Source: a virus
Strand: one strand, 5' to 3'
Length of the DNA stretch: 35,435 nt
Virus genome (UHGV): UHGV-0135847
Below the pieces are notes generated by a model that saw only the letters and a list, made by a program, of their open reading frames with translations, ran no database searches and was not told the DNA's origin. Positions within the stretch are counted from its first letter, which is position 1. Each line of letters opens with the position of its first letter. Below are positions 6,294-15,032 of the stretch, one piece after another. The translations under genes were made by a program, and so were the position numbers.

Positions 6294-9130
6294 GTGCGTT
6301 TGCATGGAGCTGGAATGAACCACGACCAGCTATTGATCCGGCCAGATTTACGGAGCGCAGGCAGGAAACTGAAACCGACCTGCAACGCGCCATCCGTTAC
6401 TACCTTGAGGCGGACAAAAGGGCACAGGAAGAACAGGAAGCGAAGGAAGAAGCCTTTTTCGCACAATCCGCCATGGGTAAAAAACTCATGGCATCCCTTG
6501 AGGAAGCCGGACAGCGTGAAAAGCTGGCACAGAGCATCATCAGTAAGCGCCGGGCAACAGAACAAGACCCGGTAGCCCGTGCCTTTGCCACACTGAAGGC
6601 GCTTCCCGTTTATCTGCGAGAACCTCTGAGCCGCCACCTCTCTTTCCTGCGCAAGAAGCAGGAAGCCGATCGTCAGAAAGGCAAAAAGAGCTGGCAGGCG
6701 GAACGCTATACACGCGGAACCCTGCGCAAAATATTCGAACGTCTGGATCGCACTGACGGGCGCTGGCTGACACCTGGTTATCGCTCCCTTGCCGGACGCG
6801 AACGCCTGGACGATTTGCTTTACCTGCCGCAGCTCAACAAACACCAGATACAGACGCTGGCCACCATGACGGCGGCGATGTTCAGCAGCACCTTCGAAAA
6901 ACTCTGCGATGGCTTTGGCGCGACCGATGGCGAACTGACCATGGATGTAACGCTGAAGGCGTATCAGATGCTGGCCCGCATGGCGTTACACCTGCACATC
7001 ATGCCTCCACATTATGACGCACTGACAACAGATAAAGACCGGAGGAACGAACCGGACACGGAGCTGCTGCCGGGCGCAATCCTTCGCCTGACCTGTACGG
7101 AATGGTGGAAACGCAAACTGTGGCTGTTACGTTGCGAGTGGAGAGAAGAACAACTCCGCGCCGCCTGTCTGGTTTCCAGAAAAACATCGCCCTATCTGAG
7201 CCAGGACGCATTAAGCGAGTTTCGCGCACAGCGCGAGAAAACACGCGATTTCCTGAAAAGTTTCATGCTGGAAAACGAAGATGGGTTCACGATTGATCTC
7301 GAGACAGTGTATTACGCGGGAGTAAGTAACCCGGTTCACCGTAAGGCAGAAATGATGGCCACCATGAAGGGGCTGGAACTTCTGGCCGAAGCCCGTGGCG
7401 ACAAAGCGGTGTTTCTGACTGTCACCTGCCCGTCAAAATACCACGCCACAACAGAGAACGGTCATCCGAATCCCAAATGGAACGGGGCCACCATGCGCGA
7501 CTCCAGCGATTACCTGGTTAACACGTTTTTTGCGGCGGTCCGCAAGAAACTGAACCGCGACGGCCTGCGCTGGTATGGCATCCGCACGGTGGAGCCTCAC
7601 CATGACGGCACCGTGCACTGGCATATGATGGTCTTTGCTCATCCGGAAGAAATCGACACTATTGTGTCCCACACCCGCGATATTGCCATTCAGGAAGATC
7701 GTCACGAGCTGGGTGATGATATTACCCCACGCTTTAAGGCGGAGTACGTCGACGGCTCAAAAGGCACACCGACCAGCTACATCGCCACCTACATCGGGAA
7801 AAACCTGGACAGCCGTGCCGTGGATGGCATCGACCCGAAAACGGGCAAGCCACGCGTTGACCACGAAACCGGAAAATCAATGGCCGAGAGCGTGGAACGC
7901 GCCATCGGCTGGGCGCGCCTTCACCGGGTCCGCCAGTTCCAGTTCTTTGGCATCCCCTCCCGCCAGGTATGGCGTGAACTGCGCCGCCTTGCCAGCCAGA
8001 TGGCACGCAACCCGGAAGGCCCGCAACGGCTGAAGGATGACGCAATGGATGCGGTTCTTGCCGCCGCTGATGCCGGATGTTTTGCCACCTACATAGAGAA
8101 ACAGGGCGGCGTACTTGTTCCACGCAAAGACTACCTGATTCGCACCGCCTACGACCTCGCCGATGAGCTGAACGATTACGGCGAACAGAGCGTACAGATT
8201 TACGGGATCTGGTCACCACTCATCGGGGAATCCTCCCGTGTGTGCACGCATCCGGATAACTGGAAGCTGGTAAGACGCAAACCGGAAGCGGAAGACAGTG
8301 CCCGCGAAAATGGTTTTGACCTTCAGGGCGGCCCTGCCGCCCCTTGGACTCGTGGCAATAACTGTCCCCGTGTACAGGAAACGGACAACAACGGGACAGA
8401 ACAGCCGGAAGAACGGCCAGCAACGTGGCCGCAGCTCCCTGACGGCGTTGAAGTGAACGAATGGATGCGCTCACTGAAACGGCACGAACGCCGGGCGCTG
8501 ATGCGTTCGCTTCGTGACAAACAGGCAAAAAACAGCAGTGATGAAATGCAGAGCTGGACACAGAGCCGCAAACAGCAGCGGCCTTTGCCTGATAACCACG
8601 AATTACTCGCTAAAGAATGGCGGGAGTCTGCTGAATCTCTCGGCCTGCATATCGGTGAACAACAGATGCAGCACCTGTTACGGGGCGGCAGTCTGTACGT
8701 TGACGGCAGCATCATTGCACCGCAGGGATTTGAAATTGTACGCAAACCGGATACCCGCCCGGACAGCCGAATCACGCAGCTCTGGCAGCGCCTGAGCCGT
8801 AATCATGGCGTAAGCAGCACGGAGATCCGCCATAACCCGGTCGCCAGCTATCTGGCACAGCTGGGGGCATCAGACCCTGAAGCCGCCGCACGCCTGGCAT
8901 CCACACTTCAGCAGGACCAGAACACCATGAAAACACCCGTTACCGTGCTTTCTGACATGCTGCGCGCCATCCGCGACGCAGAGCACGCACAGAGAATCAG
9001 TGAGACCACTGAACGCGCCAGCCGCAAAGCAGACCTGCTGCGGGGTGGCCTGACCAGCGGAAACAAAAAACAGACAGAAACGGGACTCACGAATCCCGTA
9101 AATGACCAAAAAACGCGCAGCGATATATGA
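6290..9130 (+). CDS. A: Replication initiation protein A (P2 gpA-type HUH rolling-circle initiator endonuclease)
   Basis: Motifs GIRTVEPHHDGTVHWHMMVF (HUH) and YIATYIGKNLD (catalytic Tyr region) typical of P2/186 A proteins; start taken at ATG 6290 rather than upstream GTG 6263. Confidence 0.9.
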   Translation: MSAFAWSWNEPRPAIDPARFTERRQETETDLQRAIRYYLEADKRAQEEQEAKEEAFFAQSAMGKKLMASLEEAGQREKLAQSIISKRRATEQDPVARAFATLKALPVYLREPLSRHLSFLRKKQEADRQKGKKSWQAERYTRGTLRKIFERLDRTDGRWLTPGYRSLAGRERLDDLLYLPQLNKHQIQTLATMTAAMFSSTFEKLCDGFGATDGELTMDVTLKAYQMLARMALHLHIMPPHYDALTTDKDRRNEPDTELLPGAILRLTCTEWWKRKLWLLRCEWREEQLRAACLVSRKTSPYLSQDALSEFRAQREKTRDFLKSFMLENEDGFTIDLETVYYAGVSNPVHRKAEMMATMKGLELLAEARGDKAVFLTVTCPSKYHATTENGHPNPKWNGATMRDSSDYLVNTFFAAVRKKLNRDGLRWYGIRTVEPHHDGTVHWHMMVFAHPEEIDTIVSHTRDIAIQEDRHELGDDITPRFKAEYVDGSKGTPTSYIATYIGKNLDSRAVDGIDPKTGKPRVDHETGKSMAESVERAIGWARLHRVRQFQFFGIPSRQVWRELRRLASQMARNPEGPQRLKDDAMDAVLAAADAGCFATYIEKQGGVLVPRKDYLIRTAYDLADELNDYGEQSVQIYGIWSPLIGESSRVCTHPDNWKLVRRKPEAEDSARENGFDLQGGPAAPWTRGNNCPRVQETDNNGTEQPEERPATWPQLPDGVEVNEWMRSLKRHERRALMRSLRDKQAKNSSDEMQSWTQSRKQQRPLPDNHELLAKEWRESAESLGLHIGEQQMQHLLRGGSLYVDGSIIAPQGFEIVRKPDTRPDSRITQLWQRLSRNHGVSSTEIRHNPVASYLAQLGASDPEAAARLASTLQQDQNTMKTPVTVLSDMLRAIRDAEHAQRISETTERASRKADLLRGGLTSGNKKQTETGLTNPVNDQKTRSDI

Positions 9131-9178
9131 AGCGCGCACAAAACAGGCAAAAACGGGATTTCAGAATCCCGTAAACGA
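9078..9178. repeat. Two copies of a 28-bp element, each containing an 8-bp-arm palindrome (ACGGGAYT-N4-AATCCCGT), 73 bp apart, spanning the 3' end of A and the A-parM intergenic region
   Basis: aaacgggactcacgaatcccgtaaatga (9078-9105) vs aaacgggatttcagaatcccgtaaacga (9151-9178), 23/28 identical by eye. Confidence 0.4.
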
Positions 9179-9206
9179 TTAATTAATCAACATAAGGAAA
9201 AGCGAC

Positions 9207-10166
9207 ATGAAAATTTGTATCGACGACGGCTCCACCAACATCAAGCTGGCATGGACTGAGAACGGCGAACGCCGCAACGCCATCAGCCCGAACAGCTTCA
9301 AGTCGGAATGGTCTGCGCCGTTCGGTGGCACGCAGCCCGCGAACTACATGCTTGATGGCGTGCGCTATGGTTTTGATCCGGTCAGCGATCGCTTTGTCCA
9401 GACGACCGACACGCAATACCAGTACAGCGATGTGAATGTCATTGCCATTCATCACGCGCTGGTCAAATCAGGCATCACGCCACAGGAGGTGGATGTGGTT
9501 GTCACCCTGCCACTGAGCGAGTATTTCGACACAAACGCACAGCCGGACATGGCCAACATAAACCGCAAAAAAGCAAACGTTATGCGCCCGGTGGAATACC
9601 AGAACGGCGAAGCATTCACTATCCGTAATGTACGGGTTATGCCTGAATCCATTCCGGCTGGCTTTAAAGCACTGGCTGACATGAGTCCGTTTGAATCCCT
9701 GCTGATTGTGGATTTAGGTGGAACCACGCTGGATGTGGCAAAGGTTCAGGGACAACTGGCAGGTATCAGCCAGGTGTTTTGCGATCCACACGTAGGCGTT
9801 TCCCTGATGGCCGATGCAGTACTGTCGGTGATGGCCACTAACGGTATGCGTACCAGTCACCACATCGCCAATACCATTATCGAACATCGCCATGATGAAG
9901 CCTGGCTGCGCCAGCACATCTACAATGACGCGCATTACGCCAGCCTGATGGCGGTTATTCGTGAAAAGGAAGAAACACTGAAACAACGCGTGATCCGCGC
10001 GCTGGCGGGTTTTTCGGGTTACGGGCGGGTGATGGTTGTCGGTGGCGGGGCGGAGATTGTGGCACCCGCTATCCGCGAAGCCTGCGGAGTTAATGCGATT
10101 TTCATCGCGGACGGGGTGCCACAGTTTGCTCTGGTTAATGGGCTGTACGCAATGGACAAGGAGTAA
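9207..10166 (+). CDS. parM: ParM/StbA-like actin-type segregation ATPase
   Basis: N-terminus MKICIDDGSTNIKLAW and motifs VMPESIPAG, LIVDLGGTTLD, VVGGGAE closely follow plasmid R1 ParM (StbA) as recalled. Confidence 0.8.
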   Translation: MKICIDDGSTNIKLAWTENGERRNAISPNSFKSEWSAPFGGTQPANYMLDGVRYGFDPVSDRFVQTTDTQYQYSDVNVIAIHHALVKSGITPQEVDVVVTLPLSEYFDTNAQPDMANINRKKANVMRPVEYQNGEAFTIRNVRVMPESIPAGFKALADMSPFESLLIVDLGGTTLDVAKVQGQLAGISQVFCDPHVGVSLMADAVLSVMATNGMRTSHHIANTIIEHRHDEAWLRQHIYNDAHYASLMAVIREKEETLKQRVIRALAGFSGYGRVMVVGGGAEIVAPAIREACGVNAIFIADGVPQFALVNGLYAMDKE

Positions 10167-10170
10167 ACCA

Positions 10171-10482
10171 ATGACGACACCAACCAGACGAATAAGTTTC
10201 TATCTGAAGCCCGCCGCCGTCAAGAACGAAGGCGAAGCATGCGCCTGGCTGGACAGCCTTACACCAGAAGCCCGTAAAAACGGCCAACGCGTGGCTTTTC
10301 TGGCCGGGCTGGCGCTTCTGAAAATGAATCCGGCAGAGGCTTACCGACTGGCAGCATGGGCTGACGATGAGGCGTTATCAGTGACACAAACCAGGACAGA
10401 ACGCCTCCTGTCACAGCCAGTACCAACCGCACAGATAACCAGTCAGATGGCCGGAAATATCAGGGCGTTATTTCCTGAATAA
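10171..10482 (+). CDS. parR: ParR/StbB-like centromere-binding adaptor
   Basis: 103 aa starting 5 nt after parM; pattern RRISFYLKP...WLDSL...AFLAGLALL...ALFPE matches R1 ParR layout as recalled; ORF track lists it inside a longer out-of-context frame (10036..10482). Confidence 0.7.
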   Translation: MTTPTRRISFYLKPAAVKNEGEACAWLDSLTPEARKNGQRVAFLAGLALLKMNPAEAYRLAAWADDEALSVTQTRTERLLSQPVPTAQITSQMAGNIRALFPE

Positions 10483-10545
10483 CACAACGTCAGGGCGAGT
10501 TCGCCCTGATCTCCATCTCAGAACATAAACAAGAAGAGCGACTTA

Positions 10546-10929
10546 ATGAGCAAAATCAACTATCAGGCATTACGTGAACGTTATTCACCTGCACCAGTAC
10601 CAAAATGCCCTATTTGCGGCGAAGAAATGTCAATTCAGCGAATATCTGGAGCACAGGTTGTTTATGGCTGCTCCGGTTATGGTGATGATGGAGATTTCAA
10701 AATTGGTCGAACTCTTGCCGACGAACATTATGAAAAATCACGCGTAACAGTGTTGGATGTCGGGGATCCTGAAGTATTGGCGCTACTTGATTGGCTGGAA
10801 ACCAAAGACAACCGAATCGCTGAACTGGAAAAAATCGCCACTGACTATGCACTTAAATTCCAGAAAGCACAGGACGCATTAAAGTACGCCGCTTTGCTGC
10901 ATAGCAGGACAGCGCAGCTACAAGACTAA
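10546..10929 (+). CDS. Hypothetical protein with N-terminal Cys-rich (CPICG...YGC) zinc-ribbon-like segment and C-terminal coiled-coil-like tail
   Basis: 127-aa ORF; Cys pattern read from translation; function unknown. Confidence 0.5.
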   Translation: MSKINYQALRERYSPAPVPKCPICGEEMSIQRISGAQVVYGCSGYGDDGDFKIGRTLADEHYEKSRVTVLDVGDPEVLALLDWLETKDNRIAELEKIATDYALKFQKAQDALKYAALLHSRTAQLQD

Positions 10930-11019
10930 CTTAAAGCGGAAGATTAATACATGGTGAGTCGGGGTAATTTGTTTTTATCCCGACAAATAAACAAAAAAGT
11001 GGACTATCTCTGTAGTATC

Positions 11020-11550
11020 TTATTCAGCATCGTCTCGTGCAGTCTGTGCATACGTCACAACAACGCCCAATGCATTAGTTTTCTTTTCAACATAGATAAT
11101 ATTGTCATATTCATAGTTACCATACGGATAGCAAATAAGAATATTTTTATGCAGATCGGGATCATCAACAAACGCTCCGGAACAGCTTCTTGAACTACCG
11201 GATGTATACTCATACGGTGCAACATATGATGATGTTAGTCCTGGTAAAAAATAAGTCACCATCATAAGAGGGATAATCAGGAATATCCCTGTAAGAATGC
11301 AAGAGCCAGCATAAACCTTCAGGTATTCCGACAGTCCTTTCCAGCCACTTTGCTTCACTACCCCCCTCTTCACCAGAAACAAGGAGAAGAAAAAGGACAT
11401 ACCCATACTACACAAGATGTAATAATTGGATATACGCGAATTAAGATATGTAATCCTGTAGATATCTGCCCTCCACCAGTAAAAGAGGAAAATAATCCCT
11501 AGCACTGAAACAGTCATGCAAATCAAATAAGGATATGAATCTTTCTTCAT
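11020..11550 (-). CDS. AT-rich cargo gene encoding a polytopic inner-membrane protein of unknown function
   Basis: 176 aa; three hydrophobic segments (approx. residues 10-30, 42-60, 82-105) then a soluble Tyr/Gly-rich C-terminal domain; DNA visibly AT-rich versus flanking phage genes; opposite strand to neighbours. Confidence 0.6.
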   Translation of the reverse strand: MKKDSYPYLICMTVSVLGIIFLFYWWRADIYRITYLNSRISNYYILCSMGMSFFFSLFLVKRGVVKQSGWKGLSEYLKVYAGSCILTGIFLIIPLMMVTYFLPGLTSSYVAPYEYTSGSSRSCSGAFVDDPDLHKNILICYPYGNYEYDNIIYVEKKTNALGVVVTYAQTARDDAE

Positions 11551-12080
11551 GTCTTGCGCTCATTAAAATTTCCCTGCTGCGAACAAATTTACCATCCGTT
11601 TTTTGCGCAGAAAACAGCACGATGCACACTGCACGATAGTGCACAAATTTGCACAATTTTTTTGAACGACTTTTTACCCTTCCGGCCCGCATGGCGGCTG
11701 GATCCGTCAAGGATCCGTGCGTGCACAAAAAAACGCGTTTTTTCTGCGCGCAGGTGACGGGGGAACAGCCCGCGTTTCAGGGGGTAAATAGCATCCCCTG
11801 AACGATGTCGCAGCGACACAACAGAATGGCTGTATTTCTCACACTGAGCGTGAAAAAGACGTGAGGGCTTTTGATTTGATGGGGTGAAAGGTAAGGCCGT
11901 CAAAATCGCACTGAGACGGCGAGAACATGCAGTCAACGCGGTGGGATTGCGTAAGAGTCTGACTGTCGATGATGGCAATAAGCAGGAAAGCGTCGTGAAA
12001 TTATCTGACTGATACAGGAGCTGGAGAGTCGGGGCATAAATTTTTTATGCCCCGGCGAAGCAGCAGACAAGCGAAGCGCG

Positions 12081-13127
12081 TCAGGATGTGGGCTGGGTGT
12101 CTAACAGTGCGTAAGGGTTAAAGCGGATCACCTCTTCGCCAAGCCAGTCATTGATGTGCTTCATGGCCTCCATGACGGGCATCAGCTCGTTAATTGCGTA
12201 AACCCGCGCGGCCTTCTCCACATCACCAAACGCGCTTTTTTCGCCCGGCATCGCCCCCATCAGTTGCGGCGGAACGCGGTGCGCAGCCAGCACATCATCA
12301 CGGGATGCCGCCTTAACATTCATGAACTCATCCTTTGCGGTGATCTGCTGGAACGGCAAAATTTGCACCCCCTCTTTGCCCCCGTTGGGCGCATGGATGA
12401 GCACGTTTTTAAACGCACCACCACCACGCGCACCCTGTAACGTTTCTTTCAGGGAGTCCATGCTTTCGCGGTTTACCTGCGCTGCACCGATGTAGATGAT
12501 GCACCCGGCGTGGGATCCATTGTCGTAATACAGTTTTCTGAACATGTCCGCCGAATGAGACAGGCTGGCCGAGAGTAATGCGCCAAGATATTCCGGCATA
12601 CCGTAAATTTCCTGGTTAATGTCCGGATTCATCAGGTGGCACACTTTGCCAGGGCGAAACTGAAACGCGTCCTTGCCATCCTGCACATACCACCATGATT
12701 CAAGATCGCTTCCGCGTCGCATGTATTTCGCCAGTGCGTGCCGTAATTTAAGCGGTTCGCCGAGCATATTGCTTCGAAGCTCAAGGAATGCGTTACCGAA
12801 CACAAACCAGTCCAGCGCCAGCGCCGAGAAATCCTGCCGGGAAAGCAGCGGGTGCGGGATGTAGCAACCGAGTAATACATTGCGCTTAAAGTAAAGCGCA
12901 GACTGATGCCAGGACGTTTGCCGGGCTGCTCTTGCCAGACCGTACCAGTCCACCGGGGTTTCATACCACCGCCCGTTATCAGCACAGTACATATTGTCCA
13001 GCAGGTCATGCCCGGTCAGGCGATAAGGACCATCAAATGTGAATGCACTGAGCGATGATTCTTTCCTGAGCGCATCAGCGAGATCAATGCGTGAACTCAT
13101 GCGCACTTTTTTATTTTTTCTGCTCAT
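12081..13127 (-). CDS. Q: Portal protein (P2 gpQ-type)
   Basis: 348 aa, position and orientation immediately beside the terminase ATPase gene, size typical of P2 Q. Confidence 0.9.
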   Translation of the reverse strand: MSRKNKKVRMSSRIDLADALRKESSLSAFTFDGPYRLTGHDLLDNMYCADNGRWYETPVDWYGLARAARQTSWHQSALYFKRNVLLGCYIPHPLLSRQDFSALALDWFVFGNAFLELRSNMLGEPLKLRHALAKYMRRGSDLESWWYVQDGKDAFQFRPGKVCHLMNPDINQEIYGMPEYLGALLSASLSHSADMFRKLYYDNGSHAGCIIYIGAAQVNRESMDSLKETLQGARGGGAFKNVLIHAPNGGKEGVQILPFQQITAKDEFMNVKAASRDDVLAAHRVPPQLMGAMPGEKSAFGDVEKAARVYAINELMPVMEAMKHINDWLGEEVIRFNPYALLDTQPTS

Positions 13128-14878
13128 CAGAACTCCATAACCGTGAAACGCTCGTTTTCTCCTTCGCCGCCAATCGGTTCGTTAATGACAGCAAGCATGG
13201 TTGCCCACGCAAGGTCGCCGTGGCTGATCCCCCTCGCGCGGTCCGTTTCGTAAGTGATAAAGCCGCCCGGTGTTTTCACCTTACGCACGGCGTTAAAGGC
13301 CGCGACCAGCTCGCGTTCGGCGCGATCGTATTCCCACCGCCCGGCACGCATTATTTGCAGCATTTTCAGTACCAGCGACCGTTTTGATGACAGCGTGAAG
13401 GTGTACGGAATAGCAGCAGGGAAAAACCGTTTCACTATCTGATAAACAGCCTCCCCGTTCCCGCCCGTCACATCAATGCCGATGTGTTCCACGTTGTAGC
13501 GATACGTGAACTCTTCAATGACTCTGGCCTGTTCTTCAAACTCCAGCCCCTGAACGCGTCGCGTCTCCACCGTTCGAAAACGGCCACCAGGAACAGCCGG
13601 AGGAACCACCACGGACACAGCGCCGCTGTCGCCGTTGCCACTGCTGCCGTTTGCGTCATACCCAATCCATACCGGACGATTCCCCATCGGGCGGGGAGCA
13701 AAAGGTTTCCAGTCTTTCCAGTCGTCGTATCCGTCAACACCGCAGCCAATCAGGATATTCAGGTTAAATGCCGATTCCCCTTCGCGAACAAACTCACACA
13801 TATAGAGATTGAGGAACTCGTCTTCGGTGTTTTCATCACGGATTTCGTCAATATCGGTGTGTTTCCAGCCGTGATTAACCACATCTTCCAGCGTGACAAT
13901 TTGCCGCCACGTCCGGTCAGGGCAGATAAGCCCGTTATGCAGCGTTTTCCAGTCCACAGAAAAACGCTGGCGTTTATGCGAGGCCTTTTTCTCGTTCCAG
14001 CGGTCGCCGTTCCAGTAGGCGTATGCCTCGTGCGTTTCGGTGGATGGCGTGGAGAAGTAGGTGCGCCGCAGTCCGCTGAGGGTTGCCATAGCGCCAGCTA
14101 CCTTGCGCAGTTCAGCAAAGCGACTGACCCAGAAAAATTCATCAAAATAAAAATTGCCCGTATAGGACTGTGCCGACGCAGCAGAAGTGCCGAGAAAATG
14201 CAGCTCTGCGCCGTTGGAGAGGATGATTTTATCGCCCCCTTTCAGCTCCACATCAACTTCAGCCGCGGCCTTCTGAATAATGCTTTTAAACTGGAACGCC
14301 TGACGACGCGACGCAGACAAAAAAATCTGGTTACGCTGGTAAGGTTGCGCCACATCGTCACGCAGCGCCATCAGCAGAGCTTCCTGTGCAAAATACCAGG
14401 TCGCCCCAATCTGTCGGGATTTCAGGATCATCCTGTTACGTATCCCGGCTTCCCTGCAAAGGGTCAGGGAGTCAAACCAGCCCCGCTGATGCCACTCCAG
14501 CCTGCTGATGATTTTTTCCCGCAGTGCGGCAATCTGTTCCGGCGTGAAATGATTTTTGAGTTTTTTCGCCCGGCCTTTCTTTCCTGTGACCGTCGCATCC
14601 GGCTGGCCATCATGCAGTTTTTTAAGCTGCCGGGTCAGCAGGTCTATTTCCTTAAAGTCACCGCCTGTTTTATTCTGTTTTTCAGTAAGCTGGATGAGGC
14701 GCGCATCGATGGACTGCGTGACACGCTGCACGGGTGGCGTTTCATCCCACTGGTCGCGTTTTTTCCACGCATAAATCGTGTTCGGGTTTATTCCCATCAG
14801 ACGTGATATTTCTGCGGGCGGATAACCCTGCCAGTAAAGTTGCCGCGCACGCTGGCGCACAAAAGCGTCCTGAATCAT
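13127..14878 (-). CDS. P: Terminase large (ATPase) subunit (P2 gpP-type)
   Basis: 583 aa; N-terminal MIQDAFVRQRARQLYWQGYPPAEISRLMGINPNTIYAWKKRDQWDE HTH-like start typical of gpP; stop overlaps Q start by 1 nt. Confidence 0.9.
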   Translation of the reverse strand: MIQDAFVRQRARQLYWQGYPPAEISRLMGINPNTIYAWKKRDQWDETPPVQRVTQSIDARLIQLTEKQNKTGGDFKEIDLLTRQLKKLHDGQPDATVTGKKGRAKKLKNHFTPEQIAALREKIISRLEWHQRGWFDSLTLCREAGIRNRMILKSRQIGATWYFAQEALLMALRDDVAQPYQRNQIFLSASRRQAFQFKSIIQKAAAEVDVELKGGDKIILSNGAELHFLGTSAASAQSYTGNFYFDEFFWVSRFAELRKVAGAMATLSGLRRTYFSTPSTETHEAYAYWNGDRWNEKKASHKRQRFSVDWKTLHNGLICPDRTWRQIVTLEDVVNHGWKHTDIDEIRDENTEDEFLNLYMCEFVREGESAFNLNILIGCGVDGYDDWKDWKPFAPRPMGNRPVWIGYDANGSSGNGDSGAVSVVVPPAVPGGRFRTVETRRVQGLEFEEQARVIEEFTYRYNVEHIGIDVTGGNGEAVYQIVKRFFPAAIPYTFTLSSKRSLVLKMLQIMRAGRWEYDRAERELVAAFNAVRKVKTPGGFITYETDRARGISHGDLAWATMLAVINEPIGGEGENERFTVMEF

Positions 14879-15032
14879 TGCTCCCCCTGAGTAATTACAG
14901 GAAGATTACCCGCGCGCGAAACTGTTCTCCTTAACCCCCTGTTCTGGCCGTTTTCTTACAACAAAAGCCCTTTGTATCAGCCTGTTACGCTTTGCCATCA
15001 TGACTGAAGAACCAGTCAGAGGGGCAAAAACT

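Noticed and set aside
6143-6844. 233-aa minus-strand ORF overlapping the 5' part of gene A (and similar antisense ORFs at 7734..8219, 8220..8561, 8323..8775)
   Set aside because: Antisense to a well-supported conserved gene in GC-rich DNA; Arg/Cys/Ser-rich translations with no motifs; typical spurious shadow ORFs.
11753-11770. Assignment of GGTGACGGGGGAACAGCC as the exact cohesive-end sequence
   Set aside because: Only about 13 of 19 positions match the P2 cos as I remember it, and it lies about 300 bp from the Q stop whereas the P2 cos is closer; kept only as a candidate within the broader cos-region finding.
13484-14806. 440-aa plus-strand ORF antisense to the terminase large subunit
   Set aside because: Fully contained within the opposite strand of gene P, low-complexity composition, no RBS; treated as shadow ORF.
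14879-15032. Ogr-type late promoter box (TGT-N12-ACA) in the P/O divergent region and a shared CCYTTGTATC motif with the FI/D region
   Set aside because: Found TGT...ACA only with 15-nt spacing, and the shared motif sits in different positions relative to the start codons; cannot support a specific activator site by eye.
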